Assembly: GCF_964204645.1 (NCBI RefSeq)
Contig: NC_134025.1
Coordinates: 11,284,001-11,348,000, forward strand
From: Tubulanus polymorphus
Taxonomy: Eukaryota > Animalia > Nemertea
Reading direction: 5' to 3'
Length of the DNA: 64,000 bases
The translations under genes were made by a program, and so were the position numbers. The notes beneath the pieces were generated by a model. It did not search any database and was not told where the DNA came from. It saw only the letters and a list, made by a program, of their open reading frames with translations. Shown in pieces: positions 14,251 to 26,574 of this stretch (positions within the stretch are counted from its first letter, which is position 1; every line of letters begins with the position of its first letter).

Positions 14251-15176
14251 AGTAATCCAACATATACCAGACCGAGTAAATTTCCAAATCGACCTTAACA
14301 CGCTGTTCGACTTAAAAACTTAATGTTCCAACAAGAAAATCTTGTTCGAATGAAAATTATTCTGTTTGATCGAACAATACGCTTTTTGCTTGAACCAAAA
14401 ATTTTCTTCATCCTGACAAAAAATGTGTTCGAATAAAAAGCTATGTTATTGTTGAAATGAAAAATTTTTAGTCCCGGCAAAAAAATTTGGTTGAGCGAAA
14501 ACAATTTTTTCGAACCGATGTTTGAATGAAAACAATTCTGTTCGATTGAACGAAATACTTAATACTTTCGGTTCGGAGAAAAAACTTTTTTCTATATACT
14601 TGTTCGAACGAAAAACTTAATGTTCTGACAAGAAAATTCTGTTCAAATTAAAACGATTCTGTTCAATTGAACGATTGTTCGAACGAAAAACCTTTCGTTT
14701 GGACAAAAAAAAGTTTGTTCAACTTTGTTCTAACGATTTTTTCAAATTGGTTCAATCGTATAGAATATTATTGGTTCGAACGAAATAAATTTTGTTCCGA
14801 CGAAAGAATTTTCAAGCGAAAGGTCTTTTGAACGAAAAAAAAAGATATTTCTGGTGCTCCGCAGTAACTTAAAGCCGGACGTAGGTAGGTCTTGTGACAC
14901 GATGCGATCCTCGCAAGTTTCGGTGCATGTCGGTTGCAATACGATTGTGTCAGTTGGTTGTGACAGTCGTGTCGCGTCGCAGAAAGTAGAACACGTACGA
15001 CTCCATGTGACCGGCGTTGCTGAAAGATGAGGACGCCAGTGATATGACGACTGTACGGAAGCAATAAAGGGCCTCGAGTTGTCAGATTAATCAGGTTAAT
15101 CGACTTCAAAATAGGCGAAAGCATAAGTCTTTATTACGTTATTAATTGGCCTAATTATTCAAAAGCTAATAGAGTG

Positions 15177-17040
15177 GGCGACAAAACCAAAAAAATGAAT
15201 TGTCGCGGGCGATAAAACCAAAATAATCAATTTTCGCTGGCGATAAAACCAAAATATTGAATTGTCGCGGGCGATAAAACCAAACTAATGAATTGTCGCT
15301 GGCGATAAAACCAAAATATTGAATTGTCGCATCAGGCGATCAAACCAAAATATGGAAGTGTCGCAGGTGATAAAACCGCGACAAAAAAAAAATTGTCGCG
15401 GGCGATAAAACCAAAATAATGAATTGTCGCGGGCGATAAAACCAAAATATTGAATTGTCGTGGGCGACAAAACCAAAATATTGAATTGTCGAGGGCGACA
15501 ATACCAAAATATTGAATTGTCGAGGGCGACAAAACCAAACTAATGAATTGTCGCTGGCGATAAAACCAAAATAATGAATTGTCGCGGGCGATAAAACCAA
15601 AATAATGAATTGTCGCTGGCGATAAAACCAAAATAATGAATTGTCGCGGGCGATAAAACCAAAATAATGAATTGTCGCGGGCGATAAAACCAAAATATTG
15701 AATTGTCGTGGGCGACAAAACCAAAATATTGAATTGTCGAGGGCGACAAAACAAAAATATTGAATTGTCGAGGGCGACAAAACCAAACTAATGAATTGTC
15801 GCTGGCGATAAAACCAAAATAATGAATTGTCGCGGGCGATAAAACCAAAATAATGAATTGTCGCGGGCGATAAAACCAAAATAATGAATTGTCGCGGGCG
15901 ATAAAACCAAAATATTGAATTGTCTCGGGCGACAAAACCAAAATATTGATTTGTCGCGGGTGACAAAACCAAATTATTGAATTGTCGCGGGCGATAAAAC
16001 CAAAATAATGAATTGTCACGGGCGATAAAACCAAAATAATCAATTGTCGAGGGCGATAAAACCAAAATATTGAATTGTCGAGGGCGACAAAACCAAAATA
16101 TTGAATTGTCGAGGGCGACAAAACCAAACTAATGAAATTTTGCGGGCGACAAAACCAAAAAAATGAATTGTCGCGGGCGATAAAACCAAAATATTGAATT
16201 GTCGCATGGGACAAAACCAAAATATTGAATTGTCGCGAGCGACAAAACCAAACTAATGAATTGTCGCGGCCGATAAAACCAAAATAATGAATTGTCGCGG
16301 GCGATAAAACCAAAATAATGAATTGTCGCTGGCGATAAAACCAAAATATTGAGTTGTCGCATCAGGCGATAAAACCAAAATATTGAAGTGTCGCAGGCGA
16401 TAAAACCGCGACAAGAAAAAAATTGTAGCGGGCGATAAAACCAAAATAATGAATTGTCGCGGGCGATAAAACCAAAATATTAAATTGTCGCAGGCGATAA
16501 AACCAAAATATTGAATTGTCGCAGGCGATAAAACCAAAATATTGAATTGTCGCATGGGACAAAACCAAAATATTGAATTGTCGCGAGCGACAAAACCAAA
16601 CTAATGAATTGTCGCGGGCGATAAAACCAAAATATTGAATTGTCGCAGGCGATAAAACCAAAATATTGAATTGTCGCAGGCGATAAAACCAAAATATTGA
16701 ATTGTCGCATGGGAAAAAACCAAAATACTGAATTGTCGCGAGCGACAAAACCAAACTAATGAATTGTCGCGGGCGATAAAACCAAAATAATGAATTGTCG
16801 CGGGCGATAAAACCAAAATATTGAAGTGTCGCAGGCGATAAAACCGCGACAAAAAAAAATTGTCGCGGGCGATAAAACCAAAATAATGAATTGTCGCGGG
16901 CGATAAAACCAAAATATTGAATTGTCGTGGGCGACAAAACCAAAGTATTGATTTGTCGCGGGTGACAAAACCAAATTAATGAATTGTCGCGGGCGATAAA
17001 ACAAAAATAATGAATTGTCGCGGGCGACAAAACCAAAATT
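15177..17040. repeat. 31-bp minisatellite array (~60 units), consensus AAAACCAAAATAATGAATTGTCGCGGGCGAT
   Basis: The 31-bp period is directly visible, and the minus-strand ORFs repeat every 31 aa (93 bp). Confidence 0.97.
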
Positions 17041-18425
17041 ATTGTTTTGTCGCTTTATTTTAGTTTTGTCGTTTTGTCATAATGTCGCCCTCATTTGCAT
17101 ATACGTGTCTTTTTACACATGGCCCTTATCAGCCACCATACTTAAGCCTTAAGGTCGCGTAAAACTCGATAAACACTTCAAGCGACACAGCGAACGATCT
17201 CCTTTCCCCCACAGCGAACGCTTAACGCTACTAGCCTATTTAGGCCTATGTATATGCGTAGGCCTAACATCCGGACAGATTGGTCGTAGGCCTATTGAAT
17301 AACAACCCACCTAAATATCGTAAATTTTGTTTTGAAGTTCAATCCAATGAGTCCGTTAATAAACGCAACAATTATACTGTGTTTGTTTGAGACAGTAAAG
17401 CTCAGCACCGGTAGGCCTAAAGCCGCGTCAAACTCGATAACACAAGCGACACAGCGAACGATCCCTTTCCCCACAGCGAATGCTTACTCCGAATGTCAAG
17501 TGTGAGTCCAGCATACGGAAAGGATTGTGTTATATACTTGTATTTAGTAAATTCCTTGTGCATTTGACAATGATCGGTATGTACTGTAGGAAATATAGAG
17601 TATTGATGGTATTGATATAGAGGTTGAAGCCCGCGGCCGAATAAAGAAATATATTCTTTTATTTTGATACCTCGTCGACATAACAGCTTTTCTCCGCTAT
17701 ATCACTTCGGCGTGTTTCGTTTAGGCCTACGACTCCCCGGTATACTTATGATTATCTTAGTACATACACGGTTAATTTGGTAAAGAAAAATAGGTATTGT
17801 TAAACTAACTGCTTGAAGTCCGCAACCAAATCACTGGTAGTAATAAATTAATTTGTACTCGATTCGATTCTCATGATGAGGAGAAACTCGCAGCTGATCC
17901 CCGGAACGACGATGTAGTGACACACGTCGATTCGTCGATGTTTACGGCTCGACAATGCTTTTAAAATCTAAAGTAGTAAATTTCCTGTATATCGGTAATA
18001 TGATTTGATGAGGAAAATGGGCTATTGTTAAAATTAGTTTTTAAAAACCGCGACAGACTGTGCAATCACTGGGTAATAAATTTGTTAATTTATGCTTGAA
18101 TTGATAATCGACGTGACAAGAAACGTGCGGTAGATTTCGTAAAGACGACTTAGAAAAACATGTCAGCTCTTTGAATGGGGCTCAATTTTCGCTGTTTACG
18201 GCCCGACAGTGCTTTTGTAACGTTGATTCTTCAAAATTCGCACGGAGTATTTGTAGATCGAAGTGAGCTAAATGATATCAGACGGATTGTATCGGCAACA
18301 GCGGTAATGTAAAAAAGCCTATGTACTTTTGACAAAAAAAGTGTGGAAAAAAATAATAATAATAATAATAAATATAGCTGCAAAGCAGCGATAACGGGTT
18401 TTCTGCACAGTCTTAGAATCCTGTT

Positions 18426-18666
18426 CAACGGTGGATTTCAACAAAGCATTTGATAAGGCTCAACATCAGCCATTACTAAAGAGGCTATTAGGAAACAGTA
18501 TCAATGATAGGTCGCCCAAATGGCTCAGCAGTTATCTCTGAACGGAAACTTGTAACCGAAATCAACGGAACGCCTCATCTTGGAATGAGACGGTCTAACT
18601 AGTGGAGTCACGCAAGGTAGTATCCTAAGTCGTCTTCTGTTTAATGTCCTGACAAATGACATACAC
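18426..18666 (+). pseudogene. Second copy of the RT fragment, inside A2
   Basis: Near-identical to 14010-14250. Confidence 0.8.
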
Positions 18667-19047
18667 AGTAATCCAAAATATACCAGACCGAGAAAATTTC
18701 CAAAACGACCTTACCACACTGTTCGACCAAAAAACTTAATGTTCCGACAAAACCACGGGGACAAAACCAAAATTATGAATTGTCGCGGGTGACAAAACCA
18801 AAATATTGAATTGTCACGGGTGACAAAACAAAAATAATGAATTGTCGAGGGCGATAAAACCAAAATAATGAATTGTCGCGGGCGATAAAACCACAATAAT
18901 GAATTGTCGCGGGCGTTAAAACCAAAATATTGAATTGTCGCGGCAATAAAACCAAAATAATGAATTGTCGCGGACGACAAAAACAAAATATTGAATTGTT
19001 GCGTGCGACAAAACCAGAATAATGAATTGTCGCGGGCGACAAAACCA

Positions 19048-20440
19048 AACTAGGGGTCCAGGGACACCATGCTCACTTGGGAAGTGGTTTCAAATGCTCA
19101 ACAATCTAACAATTTCAATACACAACGCCCTCTAGTGACCATATACAAAAACCAATGACCTTGAAACCCACCACAATCATAGAACATGTGAGCAGCTATG
19201 ATTTTGTAATTGATTGTGATAACAAAATATGCCTCGTTACCAATTTAATATGGAAATACTAAGTTATTCTACTATTCAACGCCCCTGGTGACCATATGCA
19301 AGCCCAATGACCTTAAAACTCACCACAATTGTAGTACATGTCATGAAATACAACTTTGCAATTGATCATAGTAACAAAATATGCCTAGGTACCAATCTAA
19401 TAAGGAAATACTAAGCCATTCTACTATTCAACGCCCCCTGGTGACTATATGGAATAACTGATGTCCTTAAAAACTCACCACAATCATAAACGATGTCATG
19501 ATCTACAACTTTGCAATGGATCATGGTAACAAACTATGCCTAGGTACCAATCTAATGAGGAAAAACTGAGCTTTTCTACTATTCAACGCCCACTGGTGAC
19601 TATATGGAATAACTAATGTCCTTAAAAACTCACCACAATCATAAACGATTTCATGAACTACAACTTCGCAATTGATCATGGTAACAAAATATGCCTTGGT
19701 ACAAATATAATATAGCGATACTAAGTTATTGTATTATTCAACGCCCCCTGATGGCCACATACTAAAACCAATAACCTTGAAACTCACCAAAATCATAGAA
19801 CACGTTATGGGCTACAACTTTCCAATTGAATATAGCTAGTAAAAAGGAAAAAATTTTTCCCACCTACGAATGAGTACTGATGACACCAAGATGGCCGCCA
19901 ATTGCGTCGTAATTGGATGATCAAAAATACCTGTCCCAGGTATAAAACATCCCTCTCTAAAGAATACCCATCAGCAATTGCAATGAGAAATGGCAAACCA
20001 GTAGGAAGCTACAGGACCTAGAATTCTGGCCAAAATTGACATTTTTGGGCACTAAAAAGGTCATAGGACGGCCATCTTGAGTCAGATCGACCCAATTTTC
20101 TTATGCTGATGGGCCTTTGGTAGATTCAAATATAAACGAAGGATCAAGGTAATTGATCAAAGCGTCTTCGAAATTTCCCACGATAACTTCGAAAATGTTT
20201 AAAAAGTGCTGATTTTGGCAAACAACAATGGCTGCCAGTCAGCCATCTTGAATCTGACAGGGCCAGTTTTTGGGATGACGATGTGTCTAGGGTAGATACA
20301 TGTATAAACCAAATATCAAGACATTACCTTGAAGCGTCTTCAAAACTTCCCAAAATAACTGGATTCCGTCTATGGACCGACGGACGGACGAAAAGTGAAC
20401 GTAATAGCCCGCTGGGACTAAAGCCCCAAGTGGACTGAAA
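19048..20440 (-). mobile_element. HINE family B element inserted in the 31-bp array of A2
   Basis: Interrupts a 31-bp unit in its A-run (a TT target on the minus strand). GCTCACTTGGGA at 19071 is an imperfect inverted match to CCCCAAGTGGACT at 20424. Has a hairpin and (GGAC)n microsatellite near 20375-20435 and an internal ~154-bp array. Confidence 0.7.
19110..19850. repeat. ~154-bp tandem repeat (~5 diverged units) inside element B
   Basis: The anchor CAACGCCC occurs at 19123, 19277, 19429, 19584 and 19739 (spacings 152-155 bp). Confidence 0.9.
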
Positions 20441-23400
20441 AAGAATTGTCGCGGGCGACAAAACCAAACTAATGAATTGTCGCGGGTGATAAAACCAAAA
20501 TATTGAATTGTCGCGGGCGAAAAAACCAAGCTAATGAATTGTCGTGGGCGATAAAACCAAACTAATGAATTGTCGCGGGCGATAAAACAAAAATATTGAA
20601 TTGTCGCGGGCGATAAAACCAAAATAATGAATTGTCTCGGGCGACAAAAACAAAATATTGAATTGTCACGTGCGACAAAACCAAAATAATGAATTGTCGC
20701 GGGGGATAAAACCAAAATAATGAATTGTCTCGGGGGGAAACCAAAATAATGAATTGTCGCGGGCGATAAAAACAAAATATTGAATTGTCGCGGGTGATAA
20801 AACCAAAATAATGAATTATCGCGGGCGATTAAACCAAAATATTGAATTGTCGCGGGCGATAAAACCAAAATATTGAATTGTCGCGGGCGATAAAACCAAA
20901 ATAATGAATTGTCGCGGGTGACAAAACCAAAATATTGAATTGTCGCGGGCGACAAAATCAAAAAAAAAAATTGTCGCGGGCGACAAAAACAAAATATAAA
21001 ACCAAAATAATGAATTGTAGCGGGCGTCAAAACCAAAAAGAAGAATTGTCGGGGTGACAAAACCAAAATAATGAATTTCAGCTGGAGATAAAACCAAAGT
21101 AATGAATTGTCGTAAGCGATAAAACCAAAATATTGAATTGTCGCGGGCGACAAAACCAAAATAATGAATTGTTGCGGGCGATAAAACCAAAATAATGAAT
21201 TGTCTCGGGCGACAAAACCAAAATAATGAATTTTCGCGGGCGACAAAACCAAAATAATGAATTGTCGCGAGCGTCAAAACCAAAAAGAAGAATTGTGGCG
21301 GGCGACAAAACCAAAATGGTGAATTGTCGCGGGCGACAAAACCAAAATAATGAATTGTCGCGGGCGACAAAACCAAAATGGTGAATTGTCCAGGCGAAAA
21401 AACCAAAATAATGAATTGTCGCGGGCGATAAAACCAAAATAATGAATTGTTGCGGGCGATAAAACCAAAATAATGAATTGTCTCGGGCGACAAAACCAAA
21501 ATAATGAATTTTCGCGGGCGACAAAACCAAAATAATGAATTGTCGCGGGCGATAAAACCAAAATAATGAATTGTCGCGAGTGTCAAAACCAAAAAGAAGA
21601 ATTGTGGCGGGCGACAAAACCAAAATGGTGAATTGTCGCGGGCGACAAAACCAAAATAATGAATTGTCGCGGGCGATAAAACCGTAATAATGAATTGTCA
21701 CGGGCGATAAAACCAAAATAATGAATTGTCTCAGGCGACAAAACCAAAATAATGAATTATCGCGGGCGATAAAACCAAAATATTGAATTGTCGCAGGCGA
21801 CAAAACCAAACTAATGAATTGTCGCAAGCGATAAAACGAAAATAATGAATTGTCGCAGGCGATAAAACTAAAATATTGAATTGTCGCGTGTGAAAAAACC
21901 AAAATAATGAATTGTCGCGGGCGACAAAATCAAAATCATTGTTTTCTCGCGTTATTTTAGTTTTGTCGTAATGTCGCCCTCATTTGCATATTCGTGTTTT
22001 TTTATCTTATCAGCCACCATACTTAAGCCTTAAGGTCGCGTAAAACTCGATAAACACTTCAAGCGACACAGCGAACGGTCTCCTTTCCCCCACAGCGAAC
22101 GCTTACTCCGAATGTCAAGTGTGAGTCCAGCATACGGATATGAGTGTGTTATATACTTGTATTTAGTAAATACCTGGTGGATTTGACAATGATCGGTATG
22201 TACTGTAGGAAATATAGAGTATTGATGGTATTGATATAGTGGCCCGGGGCCGAATAAAGTAATATATTTTTTTATTTTGATACCTCGTCGACATAACAGC
22301 TTTTCTCCGCTATATCTCTTCGGCGTGTTTAGTTTAGGCCTACGACTCCCCGGTACACTTATGATTTATCTTAGTAAATACATGGTTAATTTGGTAAAGA
22401 AAAATAGGTATTGCTAAACTAACTGCTTGACGCCCGCAGCCAAATCACTGGTAGTTATAAATTAATTTGCACTCGATTTGATTCTCATGATGAGGAGAAA
22501 CTCGCAGCTGATCCCCGGAACGACGATGTAGTGACACACGTCGATTTGTCGATGTTTACGGCTCGACAGTGCTTTTAAAATCTAAACTAGTAAATTTCCT
22601 GTGTATCGGTATTATGATTTGATGAGGAAATTGGGCTATTGTTAAAATTAGTTTTTAAAAACCGCGACAGAATGTGCAATCTTTGGGTAATAAATTTGTT
22701 AATTTATACTTGAATTGATAATCGACGTGACAAGAAACGTGCGGTAGATTTCGGAAAGACGACTTAGAAAAACATGTCGGCCCTTTGAATGGGGCTCAAT
22801 TTTCGATGTTTACGGCCCGACAGTGCTTTTGTAACGTTGATTCTTCAAAATTTGCACGGGGTATTTGTAGATCGAAGTGAGCTGAATGATATCAAACGGA
22901 TTGTATCGGCAACAGCGGTAATGGAAAAAAGCCTATGTACTTTTGACAAAAAATGTGTGGAAAAAAATAATAATAATAATAATAATAATAATAAGAAACA
23001 CGCGAATCTCAATAGGGTTTTCTGTGATGTAACAGAAAACCCTAATAATAAGAAACACGCGAATCTCAATAGGGTTTTCTGTGATGTAACAGAAAACCCT
23101 AATTAAGAGAAAGTGAAGCTATGCATGGCATATAATAGTAGAATATAGCCCCATTCTAACGTGGCCTAAGACCCAAGCTCCGAGAGAAACGACTGTACGA
23201 CATCTTCTTTGCAGCTCCATCATTTTTACCATCCCTACTATTATTGTTCGAATAAGCGAGGTTAACTATACATCGACTTCCAGATACCGAATGATTGAAC
23301 GAACATTATCTACTATTTACTGAGATGACAATCATAGAAAAAACATTAATTATTGACATGAAATAAGATGTACTTTTTACACATTAAAAAAAAAGCATGT

Positions 23401-23865
23401 TCACATCTTGAACCACACACTCGACAAAATCAAAGCGATCAGAAGTGTGTGGTGCCCGTATTGCATCTATCCAGCCATCCACCACATAAAAATGTTTATT
23501 CCGAAAAAAGATGGACCTCGGAACACCCTCCATTATAGTCAGGGATATGGAAAGTCAACATTTTCTATTCGTTTACTTCGTGTTATATGGACAAATTATA
23601 CATCGATGAAAAGGTAACATCAACAGCCATCACCGAGTATGTTGTAACCCTTGACAACTGGTCCAATTTCGCACAATACTGTTACCAAGGTTACAGCGTA
23701 CCTAAATCGACGATGATTTCATCACTTTTTCAAAAAATATTTAAAAAATCGCGATTTTTATTAGCCTGAGTAATTAGTAGTTAGATCTAGATCCCCTTCT
23801 TATTCGCCTGTTAGAACTGTCGATGGCTGGTATAAGAGTTCTTAACTCTCTTAAACAGACCTTAT

Positions 23866-24076
23866 AGCCGCAATCACACGGAGACGATTTGGCCCGGGCC
23901 AAATTGGCACGAATCAGGCTCGGGCCAAATTTTGCCCATGCCTAATTAGAGAGCGCGTTCACACGCAAACCACACTTGATACTAAACAATGCTCAAACAA
24001 AGCGAAGTGGATCATTTCCGGTGCCAGTTGCAATCCAAATTTGGCCCGGGCCAGAAATGCTCGTGTGATGGCGGCT
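23866..24076. mobile_element. PIF/Harbinger-like MITE
   Basis: TIRs AGCCGCAATCACACG / CGTGTGATGGCGGCT with a 3-bp TAT duplication on both sides. Confidence 0.7.
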
Positions 24077-24539
24077 TATGTTACCTTAAAAGCCTAATGT
24101 TCCATACACGACCCTTTCGACGTTTTGGTCGTGGTGATCGTAACCAGTTCCAAAAAAATAAGTCCGCTAACGATGGCTGATATCACCTGAGAGTAAATTT
24201 TCATTACTGAACATTTATGGATTAATCTATCACTTGTCGCACCGTTGATTTCTTCATTCTTTTACTATTTCGTATCGTCAAAATCGTCATAGAATAGAGT
24301 ATTCAGTTAGTTGACAAGGTAAAAGATGCATGGTAATAACAATTCAATATTCATATTTGTCTTCGCACAAAGGAATTTTTGAATGGTAACGCTTTGGTAA
24401 TATGATTGTCTAATTTGGACATACAGAGACTTCTCATCCGATATGTATGATTATATCAACTTGGTTAAATTGATTCATTTGTTCATTCAAATCCAAAATA
24501 TTTGCAAAAACGGAACTTATTTCCAGTGTGATGTACAAC

Positions 24540-25212
24540 AGAAAAGGGGCGCACCATATGTAAAGGAGGCTGTTTGGAGGTGAAAAATCATCAGACAATC
24601 TGATCCGAAAATACATCATAATTCTGGCTGAAATTTTTCCAATGTCATTTTAGGCCATCAAGCACACCTACTTGAAGCCGGGATTCATTGGGTATTTTGA
24701 TTGATTTTCGACTCAATCATTTTTATCGGGACACCAGGGGATATTGTTGTGTTTTGCTAAAAAGTATTTGATGGGGAACGCGTTTTTCTAACAAATTTAC
24801 CACGTTTTATTCGATCAAGGTGAAATTATCACGGGGGATGCCCGATTGTTTTTCATTTTTTCACTGGGATCCAGAATTTACCAACAATTTTACCGGGATC
24901 CTGGGATGGTGCCTCCTGCTACTCCTCTTTGATAACTTATTACCCAATAGCAGTCATCGTAGAAGCCCCATAAGGGCTCTCTAAGGTAGAAAACAACCGA
25001 AACTATACTCAAAATTAATAAATGCCACACTGTTTCCCGTATCAGTAGGAATGCCAATATTTCCGCAAACGCTGTCCAAGTAACAAGACAATCCATTGAA
25101 GCGTCTTAAAAATTTTTCGAAAACATGGGTTTCGTCTACAGACGGACGGACGACGGCTCGACGATATGAATGCAATAGCCCGATGGGACCTTAAGTCCCA
25201 AGTGAGCTAAAA
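24540..25212 (-). mobile_element. HINE family B-related element just downstream of the lectin gene
   Basis: The terminus at 25090-25212 is homologous to 20330-20440 (GAAGCGTCTT..., GGACGGACG, AATAGCCC..GGGAC...CCCAAGTG). The left boundary is uncertain. Confidence 0.55.
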
Positions 25213-25295
25213 GAGATGGACATCAGAATACCCTCCATCCGGGCCTCATGATGTACATACGCCACCACAGTATCGTCGCGTGCGAAAATAACTTG

Positions 25296-25546
25296 TCAGA
25301 TAGGACTTATTTCACATATATAATTCAGGGCATTATACAGAACTCGTGCTGGATCGCAATTTTCCAGCGTATGATTATGTGATCCTTTCATCCGCACTGC
25401 CGTCTCCTCTATACTGTCAATTCCTTTAGTGGGTTGGCCAGGAGTCCAAGAATTGCTTGTTAATGGTAGTTCAGTGCCACTCGGGTGCCAATACCACGAT
25501 CCATCAATTCTCCTACCTCCAGTCCAGTAATCGATGCTTTCGGGCG
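25296..25546 (-). CDS. PAN/C-type lectin-like protein, exon 3 (C-terminal half of the CTLD; absent from the ORF track)
   Basis: Acceptor ttttcatttcaag|, phase 1. Hand translation TPESIDYWTGGRRIDGSWYWHPSGTELPLTSNSWTPGQPTKG...LENCDPARVLYNALNYICEISPI* has the CTLD hallmarks YWTGG (WIGL-like), WxW, WxPGQP and YICE. The spliced CDS is 759 nt (252 aa). Confidence 0.85.
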
Positions 25547-26009
25547 CTTGAAATGAAAATGAATCAATTATTCTTCTTCCCGTTTTTCATCATTCGGGAC
25601 CTTTAGATTGGAAAAGGTAACACCAACATCATGAGTTTAAAGTATGCTAGATGAGTGCCTGGGCGTTTTCCAAATCTTCTTAACTTCATTCTCATGATTA
25701 TCCAAAATGTGTCACATTGAAATAGTTGACAACGCGGCCAGACATCACTCACTATAGGTAGAGTATTTTTACCCGAAATTTATATCTTATATGAATTATA
25801 TTTATCAGCTCGATGGCCCAATTTGGGCCAGTTCATTTCAATTGAATTCATAATGACGAGATTTGCAATTACGATTTTGAACTGACTTAGAACAAGGTTC
25901 CGTCCATACACGCACCCACACACCACACGCATACACTCACGCACCGATCCACCCACACGCACGCAGTCACGCTCAAGCACACAGAGTTAAGTTTCAGTTC
26001 ATTCAGCAA

Positions 26010-26354
26010 AGCCGTGATCACACGGAGACGATTTGGCCTGTGCCTAATTGGAGAGCGCGCTCACGTTTAAACCACTCACTCGATACGAAACCGTGCCTTA
26101 ACAAGGCCGAGAGACTAATTTTCGGAACCAGAACGGCCCATTTGGCACCCGTGCGAACAGTCGCTCATGCAATCGCAGCTTTAGTCCATACCAAAACTTA
26201 CGTAGACTTAGATCGGTCCGAATTGGTCCAGTCTATAATGGAACGGGTCAATTTGGACCGGACGTTTCGCTAGTTTGAACGTTTAGTCCGTTTTAGATTC
26301 GAACGTGCCAAATCAATCATTCTAAGTAACGTAGGTCATAGTGTGAACGCGGCT
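26010..26354. mobile_element. Same Harbinger-like MITE family, in lectin intron 2
   Basis: Begins AGCCGTGATCACACGGAGACGATTTGGCC and ends GTGTGAACGCGGCT. Confidence 0.6.
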
Positions 26355-26397
26355 AGACTATAAAAAAGTTTAGTCGGAAACTTCGTCGTAAACTTAC

Positions 26398-26574
26398 TAT
26401 TCTTATATTTGATATACGCGTGAACGCGTCTAAATTCATCGTCGGTTTCGTACTGAACTAGATTTCCATTGGACATCGATTCACATTCGGTCTGCGCTTT
26501 GTTTCTATATTTGAAAGCATCGTCGCTAAAGTGATAACATCTGGTAGCAATCAAAATGTATTTCGAGGGGCAAA
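26398..26574 (-). CDS. PAN/C-type lectin-like protein, exon 2 (N-terminal half of the CTLD)
   Basis: Acceptor ttcttccag| and donor A|GTAAGT, both phase 1. Translation VCPSKYILIATRCYHFS...AQTECESMSNGNLVQYETDDEFRRVHAYI fits the long-form CTLD start (CPxxW/YxxxxxxCY, AxxxC, GxLVxxExxxE). Confidence 0.85.

Larger units (their letters stand above)
18745..21935. repeat. 31-bp minisatellite array in A2, split by element B (18745-19047 and 20441-21935)
   Basis: Same consensus as 15177-17040. Confidence 0.95.
18371..23046 (-). mobile_element. HINE family A, inner copy A2, inserted in the (TAA)n microsatellite of A1
   Basis: Closely matches A1 (18371-18740 vs 13955-14330; 21940-22980 vs 17040-18370). 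It has its own complete 5' hairpin (23014-23043) and 3' stem-loop (18373-18393). Confidence 0.75.
13955..23103 (-). mobile_element. Non-autonomous Helentron/HINE (DINE-like) element, family A, outer copy A1 (13955-18370 plus 23047-23103)
   Basis: Read on the minus strand: 5' palindrome AGGGTTTTCTGT-n6-ACAGAAAACCCT, then an (ATT)n microsatellite and an internal tandem array. The 3' sub-terminal inverted repeat (CAGAAAAACC) is followed by the stem-loop TATCGCTGC-TTT-GCAGCTATA and TT. No TSD seen. Confidence 0.75.

Noticed and set aside
15177-17040. CRISPR-like array (31-bp palindromic repeats)
   Set aside because: Units are head-to-tail with no unique spacers, there are no cas genes, and the context is eukaryotic.
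15285-21902. Many long minus-strand ORFs (VLSPATIHYFGFIARDNSLFWFYRPRQFIIL repeats)
   Set aside because: By-products of a 31-bp minisatellite whose consensus lacks stops on that strand. All three frames give the same peptide, and most start at non-ATG codons.
22789-23106. 105-aa ORF with poly-Asn and a duplicated tail
   Set aside because: Runs through the HINE microsatellite and the doubled terminal hairpins; non-coding.
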